Assembly: GCF_009914755.1 (NCBI RefSeq)
Contig: NC_060928.1
Source: the human T2T-CHM13v2.0 reference genome, Homo sapiens
DNA length: 64,000 bases
Direction: 5' to 3' (one strand)
This document shows positions 50,653-64,000 of the stretch, one piece after another. Made by a program: the position numbers and the translations under genes. How positions within the stretch are numbered: position 1 is the first letter of the stretch; each line of letters opens with the position of its first letter. The notes beneath the pieces are model-generated. The model worked only from the letters and a program-made list of their open reading frames with translations. It was not told the origin of the DNA and did not search any database.

Positions 50653-52472
50653 CAATGTGGCTTTTTAAGTGCAGTGTTTCCTTTCCCTAGGATATATTCA
50701 TTTTAATTCAATTTGTGACTTGAATTTAACAGAATCTGCTTTTGAACCGAATGAAAATGCATGTAAAAAATGGGAATTGGTAAAGCTGTGGTAACTTTTG
50801 GAATGATGCCTTTAGATTGTGTATCATTATCTGGATAGCCATGTGTCAAAGATGCTGTGGAAAGATATCCTTCTCTGGACAATGAGATTATTTAAAATTA
50901 GAACTTTAATATTAGACCCAAGCTGTACATTTGAGATCATCTACTCTTTCATTGCTATGTCGTTTAGAAATGCTTTCAGATACAAGCAGCTAATAGTAGT
51001 TTAAACAAAAAGCGGGTATTTTCCTCACATCACAAGTCTAGGTGGATGCAGTGGATCCCGCTGTTCTTGGTATCCTTTTTTCTCTTTCCACTCTGCCACC
51101 TGCAGCATGTAGGTTATAGAAACAAGATACTTCTGTACCTATAGACATTAAGTCAGAATTAAAAGCACCAAGAAGGGAGAGGAAAGGGGACTGGTTAGTG
51201 GCATTGACAGACTTCATTTTACAGATCATTTGCCATAGCTGTTTAAAAGACCATTCCTAGCTTCAGGGAAGGCTGGAAAATGAATATTGAATCTTTTTTT
51301 TAGCATCCATAGTAGAGGCGAACAAGAAAAAAGGGAGTTAGCACTGACTTGGGTGAGTCAACTCAAAGTGTCTGTCACAGTTCCGAAATCTGGCTGTCTA
51401 CCAGAATCACTGGCACAGATTGTGATATTCAACTACAAATTACTGAGCTAGAATAGAATCTCCAGGGTACTCTTGAGAATCTATTTCTAACTGGATCTTC
51501 AGTGATGCTGTGAAACACATCTAAATTTTACTGTAGTCCTTTTGTTTTACAAATGAAGAAAGTTATCCAAGTTGAATTGCCTGTGGTCATTAATGGTAGA
51601 AACAGAGCTTGGCCTAGAGGTCAGTTTCTTCTGTCTCCCTCAGAACCAGGGCTTTCTGTCCTCTAGAAATTGTTTTCCTCTCTCTTCTTTCAACATTCTA
51701 TTTACAGATCCACTTATCCTAAAGTCCTTCCAACTTAAGGATTTTGTGACTTTCATGACAAAGGAAATACAAGTAATTCCTATCTTAGTTCTGAGGTGGA
51801 AATAGCACCCTGGATGGAACTAATTTATATTGAGATGTGTCAGGGAAATATGGGGTCACTTGGCTAATGAACAGAACATGTAATTGGGAAAGGCCTGTCA
51901 TTAAGAAAAGATTAAATAAAGGGGGAGAATAATTACAAAACTATTCTCTGTTTGAGTAACTGCTCTAATGGGTCCTGTAGGCAGAGAGGCAGGATATATT
52001 TTCATTCTTTTAATCTTAGTACTGTACTGTGGATGCCATAATGAATATATTTTAGAATTTAATTTGTGTTCAGAAGTGGGTTTTTTTCCCCTGCATTTAG
52101 ATTGGTAAATTACTTTTTAATTGAAGTTCAGAGGTTGACAAATTAAATATTATCTCAGGTTAATATGACAAACGTGCTTCATTTCAAAAAAAAAGAGGTT
52201 ATTTTAAAAATCTACTTTAAAATTAAATATTGCCAAAGTTCCCAAACTTTCTCAGTTGATACGTTTCAATATTTTTCAAGTGCCCCATGTAACTTAGTAG
52301 TAGTTCGTAAGGTATCTGACACATATCACTGTTTTTCTTAACGATTTAAAATATTCCTTGGAAACCTGTGAATTTGTTGCAGTGCCTTGGGGAGCCTAGG
52401 TAAAAGTACCTTGTACTAGGTACAGGGTAAGGGAATACTGAGTTTAATGTTCTAGAAAGTCTGGCAACATAA

Positions 52473-52842
<370 letters not shown>

Positions 52843-53177
52843 AATAGTTTTGTGTTAAATTCAACCTTTGAATAATTGACAAAAATGATTACCTTCTTTA
52901 CTACTTGATTATACTGTCTTCATTTCAGATATACTAAAAGTCCTCAGTCATTTTATAGAGTTGGAGATGCAAAAGTATAAACCTGAGTTAAGCAAATATC
53001 AAAAATATGACAGATGGATACATACTGTTATTTTTAGGCAGCTAATGAATTCATATTCAAAACATAGACTAAAGGGGACCTTTAAATATTATCTCATTTG
53101 CTTTATTTTAGAAAAGCCTATTAGTACATTATAATTCAGTACTAGAACTTCAATTATTTTATTAAAAAGTCCACTCC

Positions 53178-53544
<367 letters not shown>

Positions 53545-54052
53545 CTAGTGTTTAAAAGGTGTCATTTCGTTAGGCCATTTAAAAATTTTAAAACTGTCAC
53601 TGTAGTTGAATCTCTAGTATAGTCAAGTAACCTAGTATAGAATTGTAATAGATAATAAGTACAGAAGCTCTTTTTTAGTTTGAGGTGAAGTTGCCTGAGT
53701 GTGACTTGGGGATGTAAAGATGCCCATTTTTGACAGCAAGATGAGTACCAAAACTGTAGATTCATTTAAAATAATTTTCTTAATTTGTCTTTAGTATCCC
53801 TTTGTTTTACAAAGCACATACTTTTAAAAATTAGCAAGATAAGTCTTGTTGCCAAGATGTAGAATTTTGCCAGAAAAATTATTTTGATTAAAATTAATTA
53901 TTTTGAAAATTTCTTGCTTAATAAGGACCACATCTTGATAGCGTATTATAAAACAGTAGTGCCTGATTAATGCTGTTTTCTGATGCACAGTTTTATATAA
54001 AAGCATTTAAAAAGCTACTTGAGTAAAAATAATAAGTGTTTATATAATTCTT

Positions 54053-54087
54053 CACAGTTGATCTTAGCCAAAAGGCCGAGAAGCGGT
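54053..54087 (-). pseudogene. 3'-truncated tailless U2 snRNA retropseudogene (U2 nt 1-35)
   Basis: Reverse complement ACCGCTTCTCGGCCTTTTGGCTAAGATCAACTGTG is 32/35 identical to the U2 5' end; flanked by direct repeat (t)atataattctt at 54041-54052 and 54087-54098. Confidence 0.92.
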
Positions 54088-55769
54088 ATATAATTCTTAA
54101 ATAAAAGTCCACTACACGCATGACACTAAGATATAGTCACTGATAAGTTAATACTGTATCTGTCATCTCTGGTTGGTAATGTGCCTGAGGAAAAGCAAAA
54201 GCAAATACCTTGTAGGACATGATTATTTGGACATAGAAATATAAGTAAGAAATAAATTAGACAACCACATTGGAAAAATAAAATGCTCATACAAAATACA
54301 AGTAGTGCAGTACAAGAGACTATTTTTAGTTTTGGAAACTTGTGTGATTGTAGAGTTATGGGAATAGCGTAATTTTACTCCCTCACATACTTATTCCTTC
54401 AGTTTTTCTAAAGATACTCTTGAACCTTTTTTCATCTTTTTTCAACTTTGTGCCCACTACTTGTAAATTTTTCTACATGTTCTCCCTCTCCAAGCTGAGA
54501 AGACGAGATGTTCATCTTTGTGTTCACTTACTTCAGATTCTGGCTTTAGCTGTTATCCCCTCTCCAGAGTATCAGCCTCAATTTCTGCTGGACTGTGGCA
54601 TTTGGATAGGTGAGAGGAATTAATGAAAGAAAAACATACTCCTTGTCCTATATGTAATCAGCAGCCATTAAAAGTTTATAAGCAAGGTGTTGGCACTATC
54701 AGATTTGTGTTTCAGAACTTTCTTCTGTGAACAGTGTAGTAGATAACTGGAGGAGGAAGAACCTAGATCAGGAAAACGAGCTGGAAAGGAATTATTACAA
54801 TTATCTAGGTGAAGGATGATAACTTGGGCTGGATTTATTTATGCAGAAGACATGATAGAGATGACTTCAAGGATTTGTTGATGTAGTTTATGAAGGAAAA
54901 AGAAGAATACAAGATGACTTAAAATTTCTAGCTTGAACAACTTGAATGGGTAGTGGTACTAATCGCTCCTAGTTTCTAAAGAATTTTTTGCACAATTACT
55001 TAAGATAGGGCTTACTTTTACAGGATATATGAATAAAGGAGTATTCTTTTCAGAGGCCATCTACATACCTAATCATATGTGTTATGCATGAAGAAGTGAA
55101 TTCTAAGTAACTAACAGGGAACTAAGGAGCTACTAAGAACTAAAGGCCCGGCATGGTGGCTCAGCCTGTAATTGCAGCGCTTTGGGAGGCTGAGGCAGAA
55201 GGATCACTTGAGCCCAGGAGTAAAAGTAAAAAATTAACTGAGGAACTGCCATAATTATCAAAAAAAAAGAAAATATTTATTCTTGAATCATGATTTCCTT
55301 CTCTTAGAAATCACACCTCAGAAACTAAACAGTGCAGCAGTGCATTTCGCGTAGTCCAGTTTTATGTGTTGTTTGTTTTGTCAAATTCCCTTTGTGAAAG
55401 GAGCAGCTTCTTGATTGGTGTGCCTCCCTGGTCCTTAATGTTAGTAGACCTTGTCTCCATTCATCCAACAAATACGTGAAAGCTAACTATGTTCCATGAG
55501 TTGTTCTAATGTTGGGAGATAAAATAGTGAGTAAAAACACTTAGTGCTATCCTCATAAAGTTTGCAATTCACTTAGAGAAGCAAGTATTATCCAGATAAA
55601 CACAAATGAATGTAAAATTCCTATTATTATTTAAGCAACATGAAGCAACCGTATATGGTACTTCGGAGCATTACTTTAGGTGCATTTAGCCTATTAGTCA
55701 TGAAGCCTAGAGAAGTCTTCCCTAAGAAAGTAATACTTCAGCTGTAATCTGAAGGATAAAGTCTCCATG

Positions 55770-57200
55770 TATAAAATTAATTGCAGGTGAAGTAAATGTG
55801 TAAATGCAAAAAGGCAAAACTTTAAAACTTCTCAGAGAAAATCTCTATCTCTAGAACCTTGGAGTAGGGAAGGAATTTTTAAGGACAATGCACATAATGC
55901 TAGCCACAAAGGGTAAACATGATAAACGCAACTCATTTCTAATTTAAAACTTTTCCTTATTGAAAGACAACATGAAAAAAAGAAAAACATAAGCTGCGAA
56001 CTGGGAAAAAATGTATATGCTTACAGTATTTACCCAGAATATACAAGTGCTGCATAGAAATTAATAAGGAAAAGACCAACAACCAAAAGAAAAATACTTG
56101 AATAGGCATTGCACAGAAGATGAAATGAAAACATAATCTCATTAATAAACAGTGAAAAGCAAATTAAAACTAGAATGGGATATCATCTTATACCTACTAA
56201 CAGATGGGTAAAAATTAGAAAGTCTAACAATACCAAGGAATGGTCAGGATGTGGAGTAACAGGAAACTCTTAGACACTCTTGGTAGGAGGCTATATTCAT
56301 TCATATTTTAGGAAAATTTGGCATTAGTAGATTGAAAATAACCACATCCCACAACACAGCTATCTGTCTTCCATATACTCTAGAGAAGTTCTCCTCAAAC
56401 TATACATCTGTGTCACCTGGGATCCTGTTTAAAATGTAGGTTCTAATTCACCAGGTCTTTTATGGCTTGGCCTAAGATTCTACTTTCTAACAAACTTCCA
56501 CATGAGGTGTTGCTAGTCTGTAGACTACACTTTGAGTATGAGGGCCATAAAGCACCACTTCTTTTAGATGGATGCCTCTATGGCAAATGATTTTTGTTTG
56601 AGATACTGGACAAAGAGACTAGTCTGCTTTCTAGGCCAAAGACCTCATTTCCTACAGAGCTGTCCCCAGGGCTGAGGGATTCGATATCCCTTGCTGCACA
56701 CCTCCACATATTTGAGCTGTGGCACCTATGTATAGAAGCTCTGCCCTAGGGAAACTTGCACATCTATACCAGGGACAAGTGCATGAGTATTCATAGTTGC
56801 ACTGTTTGTGAAAACAAAAAATTGGAAATAACCTAAAAGTCCATTAATAGCAGAATGAATAAATAAATTATATTCTTCCATTGGATTTCTGAATAGCAGT
56901 GAAAATGAAGTAGAGCTGCACTCATTAACATGACTGAATCCCAGGAATGTAGCACAGGAAATATGGAAGAATACCTGCAGTATGTTATTGTTATAAAGTT
57001 TATAAAAAGAGCAAAAATAATGTCTAGAGATACTTATATGTGTGGTAAACTATTTGAAAACAAAAGCAAAAGAATAATAAACATGATTCAGGAGGGGGCA
57101 GGGGAATGCCTTCTGTGAGGAGCATATTGAGAGCTTCAACAATATTGGAAATGTTTTATTTTCAAAATTGGATGCTGAGTTCATGGGTATTTATTTTATT
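55770..57200 (+). mobile_element. Old L1M/L1ME 3' fragment; a similar one lies at about 46950-47900
   Basis: A-rich L1 ORF2/3'UTR motifs such as caggatgtggagtaacaggaaactct and aaaattggaaataacctaaa. Confidence 0.65.
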
Positions 57201-59015
57201 ATGCATATATATGTATATATACACATACATACATGTGTATCAATACATACATGTACGTACACATATACCTGATATGATTTCATTTTATGGTTTTGAGACA
57301 GGGTCTCCCGCTTTCACCCAGGCTGGAGTGCAGTGGCAAGATCTTGGCTCACTGCAACCTCCTCCTCCTGGGCTCAAGCCATCCTCCCACCTCAGCCTCA
57401 CCAGTGGCTGAGGACCACAGATGCGCACCACCATGCCCGACTAATTTTTGTATTTTTCAGTAGAGATAGGGTTTTGCCGTGTTGCCCAGGCTGGTCTCAA
57501 ACTCCTGGGCTCAAGCAATCTGCCCACCTTGGCCTCCTAAACTGCTGGGATTATAGGTATGAGCAACCACACCCGACCCTAATTTTAGACAATTATATCT
57601 TTCTCAGTTTTTACTTGGATACTGTTAAATATTCTTAATCACTGTTTTATGTTGGCAGTTTTAGTGATAATGTCAGTTATCTATTGCTGGTTTAAAATAA
57701 CAATGATTTATTATTTTTCTTGGTTCTGTGGGTTTGCTGGGTAGTTCTGCAGGTTTTTCTTGAATTCACTCATGTGAATTCATTTTGCTGGAGGTTTGCG
57801 GGACTAGAAGATTCTAAGATGGCTTCACTCACATGTCTAGCAGTTGGTGCAGACTCTTCACTAGGGTTCCTATGTTTTTCTGTACGTGGCTAGACCAGCT
57901 TCCCTGCATGATGATCCATGCAGCATTTCAGAGTGGAAAGGTGTAAGCTGCAGTGTCCCTCGAGACTTGAGGTCTGGGACTTGTACACTTTTATTTCTGC
58001 CACATACTGTTGATTAAAGCCAGTCACAGGGTTTGCTCTGATTCAAAGGGTGGTAAAATAGACTCCATATTGATGAAAGGAACTGTAAAATATTGTGATG
58101 ATGTTTTTAATCTTCCACAATGATAGTTTGTCTTCCTACTAAAAATGATGAAACAGTCAGCATATTTAGACTACCTTCTTTCCCCATTCCTCATATGTGC
58201 TTATGTTGTTTTTACACTGTTAGGACATATAACACATTTTGTTTTGTCACCATATTCCTATTTGTTTCAGTCTCAGAACTAAGGTTGTTTACATATATAC
58301 ACACACACTATACATAGACACACATACATACATGTGCAGGTATATATATGTAGATTTATTCAGTATATCGTGACTGCTCACCAGTAGTCTTTTGCCATAG
58401 GTTTTTCAGTTATCTCTTGGTTGGATAATCTTGAAGATTACCTTCAATAACTTACCCAGTATTTCTCAACCGGGAACGATTTTGCCTTCTAGGAGACATT
58501 TGGTATTTTGAGCTATCACAAAGACCAATGATGAGTCATGCACTTTATTCCAGAAGTTCAACCTCGTATTATGGTTAGGCTCTTACTTAGTTACATGTGA
58601 AATAAGGCATCTGGTTAGAAACAGCAAATGAGAAGTAGCAGTTTACAGTGCAAAATGAGATCTGAACTGATACTAGAAGTGTTTATGGAATTCAGAGACC
58701 ACATTATTGCAGAGTCAAAAACCTCTTACTCACCTCCTTACCTGAGTCACCATTGCATAGTACAATAATCTGTGCAATAATTAGTATTCATAGAGATCAT
58801 TAGTAAATAAAAGCTTTTTGAGTTCACTTTGTTTAAGAAGGTAAGGAAGATTGCGAAATATTTTAGGAAAATTGTCATTAAAGTTTATTAAAATATTTGA
58901 TGAGTAATTTTTCAGTTTTTAAAAAATCATTTGTACCACCTTTTCTAGATATACTAGGTAAATGTGATGCTATTGAAGTTTCTACAAGAACTTCAGATAA
59001 ACTATTTTGTTAGTG

Positions 59016-59101
59016 ATATATATTATTATATAATTATATTATATATTATATACATTATATATAGTATTGTATGTGGTACTATATTATATATTAATATATT
59101 T
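59016..59101. repeat. AT-rich (TA/TAT)n low-complexity tract upstream of exon 3
   Basis: Read directly. Confidence 0.8.
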
Positions 59102-59137
59102 CAAGTTTCTGTGGATGAAATAGTTTCTTCTCTTCAG

Positions 59138-59320
59138 TTGCAGATTCTTTATCCTGTCCTGTTATGCAAAATGTTCAGCCTCCCAAGTCCAGCCCAGTGG
59201 TATCCACTGTTTTATCAGGATCCTCAGGATCCTCATCAACAAGAACACCTCCCACTGCAAATCACCCAGTTGAGCCTGTGACCTCAGTTACACAGCCATC
59301 AGAGCTATTACAACAAAAAG
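59138..59320 (+). CDS. SEC24B: SEC24B coding exon 3 (183 nt; VADSLSCPVMQNVQPPKSSPVV...SELLQQK)
   Basis: Acceptor tttcttctcttcag|TTG; frame continues from exon 2 without stops; donor AAG|GTATTT at 59320/59321; matches recalled SEC24B protein. Confidence 0.95.
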
Positions 59321-60502
59321 GTATTTGAGATATTTATTATTGTATATGCACACAGACACACATACGTATTTATAGAAGATATGAAAAAAAGTTACTTATA
59401 ATCTCAATCCAAACACAACTTTTGGAATATTAACTTACAGTGTCTCATATATGTTTTACATAATTACATACCATTTTGTATTTTGCTTTTCTTTTTATTA
59501 CACATAGTTCTTCATATATATTGAGTCTTTATTGCTCTTTTTATGGCTAATTATTCATTGTGTCAATGTATAATGGTTATTTCATTCCTCTGTCATGGGA
59601 CATTTATTTCCTATTTTTTAAAGGTTATTATAGTTTCTTTTAGGATAGAGAAGCCAAAACTTTATTATTTAGTGACTCTCCATATCCTATTTGATTATTT
59701 CTGTGCTTTTTGTTATTGATAACAGAAAGTAAGCTTTGACAGAATTTTGCAAATGAAAGGGGGTGAAAATGAAATTGTAACCCATACTCTTGCGTCATTG
59801 AAGAACTATATGATTTATTGTTTGTTTAATATTCTCCATGTGTTAAGTAAGTAAAAGGTAATAAAATGTGTTGTTTTGACCCTGCTTCCCCACATTGTTT
59901 CTTTTGGCAGTTTTTGTTTTTGTTTTTGTTTTTCCTGTCTGGCTAAAATTCCAAAGTATTGATGTTTCAGGTTAATATATGGCATTTTTTATTTGATCAG
60001 AGATGATTGAACTGTTTTCAAGAATCTGTAGTTTGTATTTCCAGAGCAACCATTGTATTATTTTAGGGACTGTACTCACTATGTAATGACAGCTCCTAAC
60101 GTTGAGTGTGAAGAACCTTCTTATAGGTCTGAAACTGAGAAAAGGAAAAAAGCATGATAAATTCCTAGGGTGATCTCATTGCTTGTATCTGTTGAGTGTC
60201 TATGTGATCAACAGAGACCTTTCTGTCAATTGATCAGATGATACATTACACATTTTCTTACTTGGTTTTTTAGGAAAAGTAACTGCAGCACCAAAGAGTG
60301 CCTGTTGATTCTCAACAAACCAGTGGGTATACTGGAAACTGAATTTAGTTCTTAAAAGTATTTGCCTTCAAAGTGAAGGTCCAGTAGAAGTTTTGTTTAT
60401 CACAAATCAAAAAAGCTTTTAGGATAGATCAAAGCCCTAACTAAATGAATGGTGTCTTTTCTTGTTTTTCCTCTACATTGATGACTGCCTTCCATTTCTT
60501 AA

Positions 60503-60919
<417 letters not shown>

Positions 60920-62087
60920 TAATATTTTGTAAATGGTTTGCCCACTAAACAATTGCAATTATGTTTCTTCTTTTTTCTATTAAAATATATTTTGAAAGTA
61001 GAAGAAGCTGCCATTTATTGAGCACATACAATATATCAGATACTTTATATCTCATTAATTCACATATTAATCTTATGACATAGATATTCTTCCTTTTTTA
61101 CAGATGAGAAAAGTGAGATTGACAGAGGTTAGGTAACTTGCCCAAGACTACAAGTTAATAAGTAGCAAAGCAAAAGATTTTTTAACTCAGATCTCTCTAT
61201 CTTGTATTCTTTCTATAAAATAAAGCTGAATTTTTGTTGTCATTGGCTGTTGACAAACTAACTCTTGGTTTACCTAAGATAAGTTTCTTGCTTAAGTAAC
61301 AGAAAATATCATACTGGGGACATCTGAATTGTAGTTTTTATTGTTCCTTTTTCATAAGTAGGAGAATGGCCTCTTAGTGACTTCTTTGTCTTTGGAGAGA
61401 TCTGAGCTATACAACCTAATTGAGTCAGGGCTACCACATATGGTGGTGCGAATTGTCATTTGCATGAATGGAGCTTCTTCGAATTGTGCAGTGTATCATC
61501 TGCATAGGGTTTACTGTGGGCCTGATATGAACTACTAAAGTGATTATACTTAAAAAGAGATTAGCTTTTTTCTTCCAAATTCAAAGACACCGTTGCTTAG
61601 TTGTTCTCCCAAGACTAAGCATTTTTTTTCTGTTTTTAGGGGAGACATCAAATTTTTGTTTGGGTAGCCCCTAAAATTTTTTTTATAAACTACCTACTTG
61701 AACATTTTTTAGATTGATATCTAAAATTTTTCATCAAAAATTTAAATACTTGTAGTTATGCAGTTTTTAACATATATGCTGGCTGACTTTTAAAACTGAG
61801 ATGTTACATTATTCTTTCAAATGTACCCTTTGGAATGATACCTACCATCGTCCTTTTGCAAAACACACAAATACCCCTTCTTTAACATTTGGGAAGTTTA
61901 CATTTTTCATTTTTCTATTTGATGGCATATCCCCTTTCCTTAATGTAATAATAAAATATATGCTTACACTAGAAACTCTTTTATCACTCTATTGTGCTTT
62001 TCCATGACCATAATATATAAAATGAAATGTTAAAATTTGTTTTATTATCTATGACTTTAAGTCTCTAAATAGTATATTTTCTTTTGA

Positions 62088-62324
<237 letters not shown>

Positions 62325-62976
62325 TGACCAGGCTGGTCTCAAACTCCTGGCCTCAAGTGATCTGCCTGCCTAGGCCTCCCAAAGTGTTAGGATTACAGGC
62401 GTGACCATTGTGCCTGGCCAATCACTACAGCTTTTATTGTTGGTATAAAATTGGTCAAAACAACATAAACATCATGAATTTTGGTATTTATGTGAAGTAC
62501 GTTTTTATTGGAAATACATCTTTCAGTGAAATGAATGGGCTGTCTCCTCTCCCCACTATAGTTTTGTATCTGAGTTGAATATGATTCATTGTTAGAATAT
62601 GATAATGTTCAGATAAATTTCATTCTTAGTTTTTATTTTCATACATATAATTGCTGAGAAACATTGTTCACATAAAGTAGATTAGAATTACTTGTAAGAA
62701 TTCTGCTAAAGCAGTATCATTCTGTTTTGCTTTATTTTGCTTTTACTCTTTTTAACCTTCTGAGTTACATGTCAGAAATTATTGTTTGTTAGATTTTATT
62801 TTCCAGGTGGTAGTTGTTAACATTATTATTTCATATAACAGTTTGTAATTTGCAAATCCCTTTAACTTTTTCTATCTGTCTTACTTTCTCATCACATGGA
62901 ACAAGCATATCATATGTTTTCTTCCTTTTGTAAGTGAGGAAATTTAAATTTAGAAAGGTTACATGTCTTACCTTAA

Positions 62977-63375
<399 letters not shown>

Positions 63376-64000
63376 CTATCAGCAGTTATTCAAAATATTT
63401 TGAATTTCCTTCTACCATGGCCAATATAGCTTACCATACTTTTTATTATTTTTATTTATTTATTTATTTTGAGACAGGGTCTTGTTTTGTTGCCTAGGCT
63501 GGAGTGCAGTAGCTCAGCTCACTGCAGCCTCGACCCTTGAGACCACTGGGGCTCAAGCGATATTCCCACCTCAGCCTCCTGAGTAGCTAAGGCCACAGGC
63601 ACACACTGCCACATCTGACTAATTTTTTAAAAAATTATTTGTAGAGATGAGGTCTTACAGTGTTGCCCAGGCTGGTCTTGAACTCCCAGGCTCGAGTGAT
63701 TATCCCACCTTGGCCTCCCAAGGTGCTCAGATTACAGGTGTGAGCCACTGTGCCTGGCTACCATACCCTGTAAGTGTGTTTTTATCAAAAACAAGCTATG
63801 ATACAGGCCATTTATTTTATGGATGATATCTCCATATGACCTAATTGGCAAAAGCAGTCCTCAAAACTTATCAAAGCATATACTACTAAGTACTAACAGA
63901 TTCACTTGTTGGTAAATATTTTTTTGTTAAAAGGATGTAGAAAGTGTTAAATATTTTATAAAATATAAAAATTAAGAATTGACTATATTTTATCATGAAA

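Noticed and set aside
56674-56692. Hairpin AGGGA-TTCGATA-TCCCT resembling a tRNA T-arm
   Set aside because: Lacks the invariant G before TTC and has no acceptor, D or anticodon stems
58530-58752. Two AP-1 motifs (TGAGTCA) about 200 bp apart upstream of exon 3
   Set aside because: 7-mers occur often by chance in 64 kb; not supportable without chromatin data
60250-60310. Good-looking acceptor (ttggttttttag|G at 60273/60274) followed by a short frame ending in TGA at 60306-60308
   Set aside because: No convincing donor or nearby polyadenylation signal; such pseudo-acceptors are common in T-rich introns
61452-61466. ATTGTC next to octamer ATTTGCAT (Sox-Oct-like)
   Set aside because: Octamer is inverted relative to the canonical composite, and the site lies in a probable MER91-like fossil

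Overview
Human genomic DNA; young AluYa5 elements point to human. The window holds the 5' part of SEC24B (COPII coat cargo adaptor) on the + strand: a CpG-island promoter, coding exon 1 (ATG at 20001 to 20133), exon 2 (49034-49777) and exon 3 (59138-59320). All three exons end in phase 1 and the gene continues past the window. The upstream 20 kb is intergenic and probably carries the divergent lncRNA SEC24B-AS1 (recalled annotation; a matching minus-strand AATAAA is visible). The rest is dense in repeats: Alus, old L1/L2/MIR, MaLR and ERV solo LTRs, and DNA transposon fossils. Nearly all ORFs in the supplied track other than the SEC24B exons are Alu or CpG-island artefacts. The notable structure read from the sequence is: an in-frame 93-nt Alu-derived candidate cassette exon; a 744-nt stop-free symmetric exon 2 flanked by inverted Alus (candidate circRNA with an endless ORF); three co-oriented CTCF motifs; a tailless 35-nt U2 retrocopy; a full-length 7SL retrocopy; two HERV-K-class solo LTRs inserted inside Alus; one L1 endonuclease site used twice; and three young AluY elements. 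I found no evidence for a wholly new biological system. Repeat subfamily names come from memory of consensus sequences, and repeat boundaries are approximate unless target-site duplications (TSDs) are quoted.
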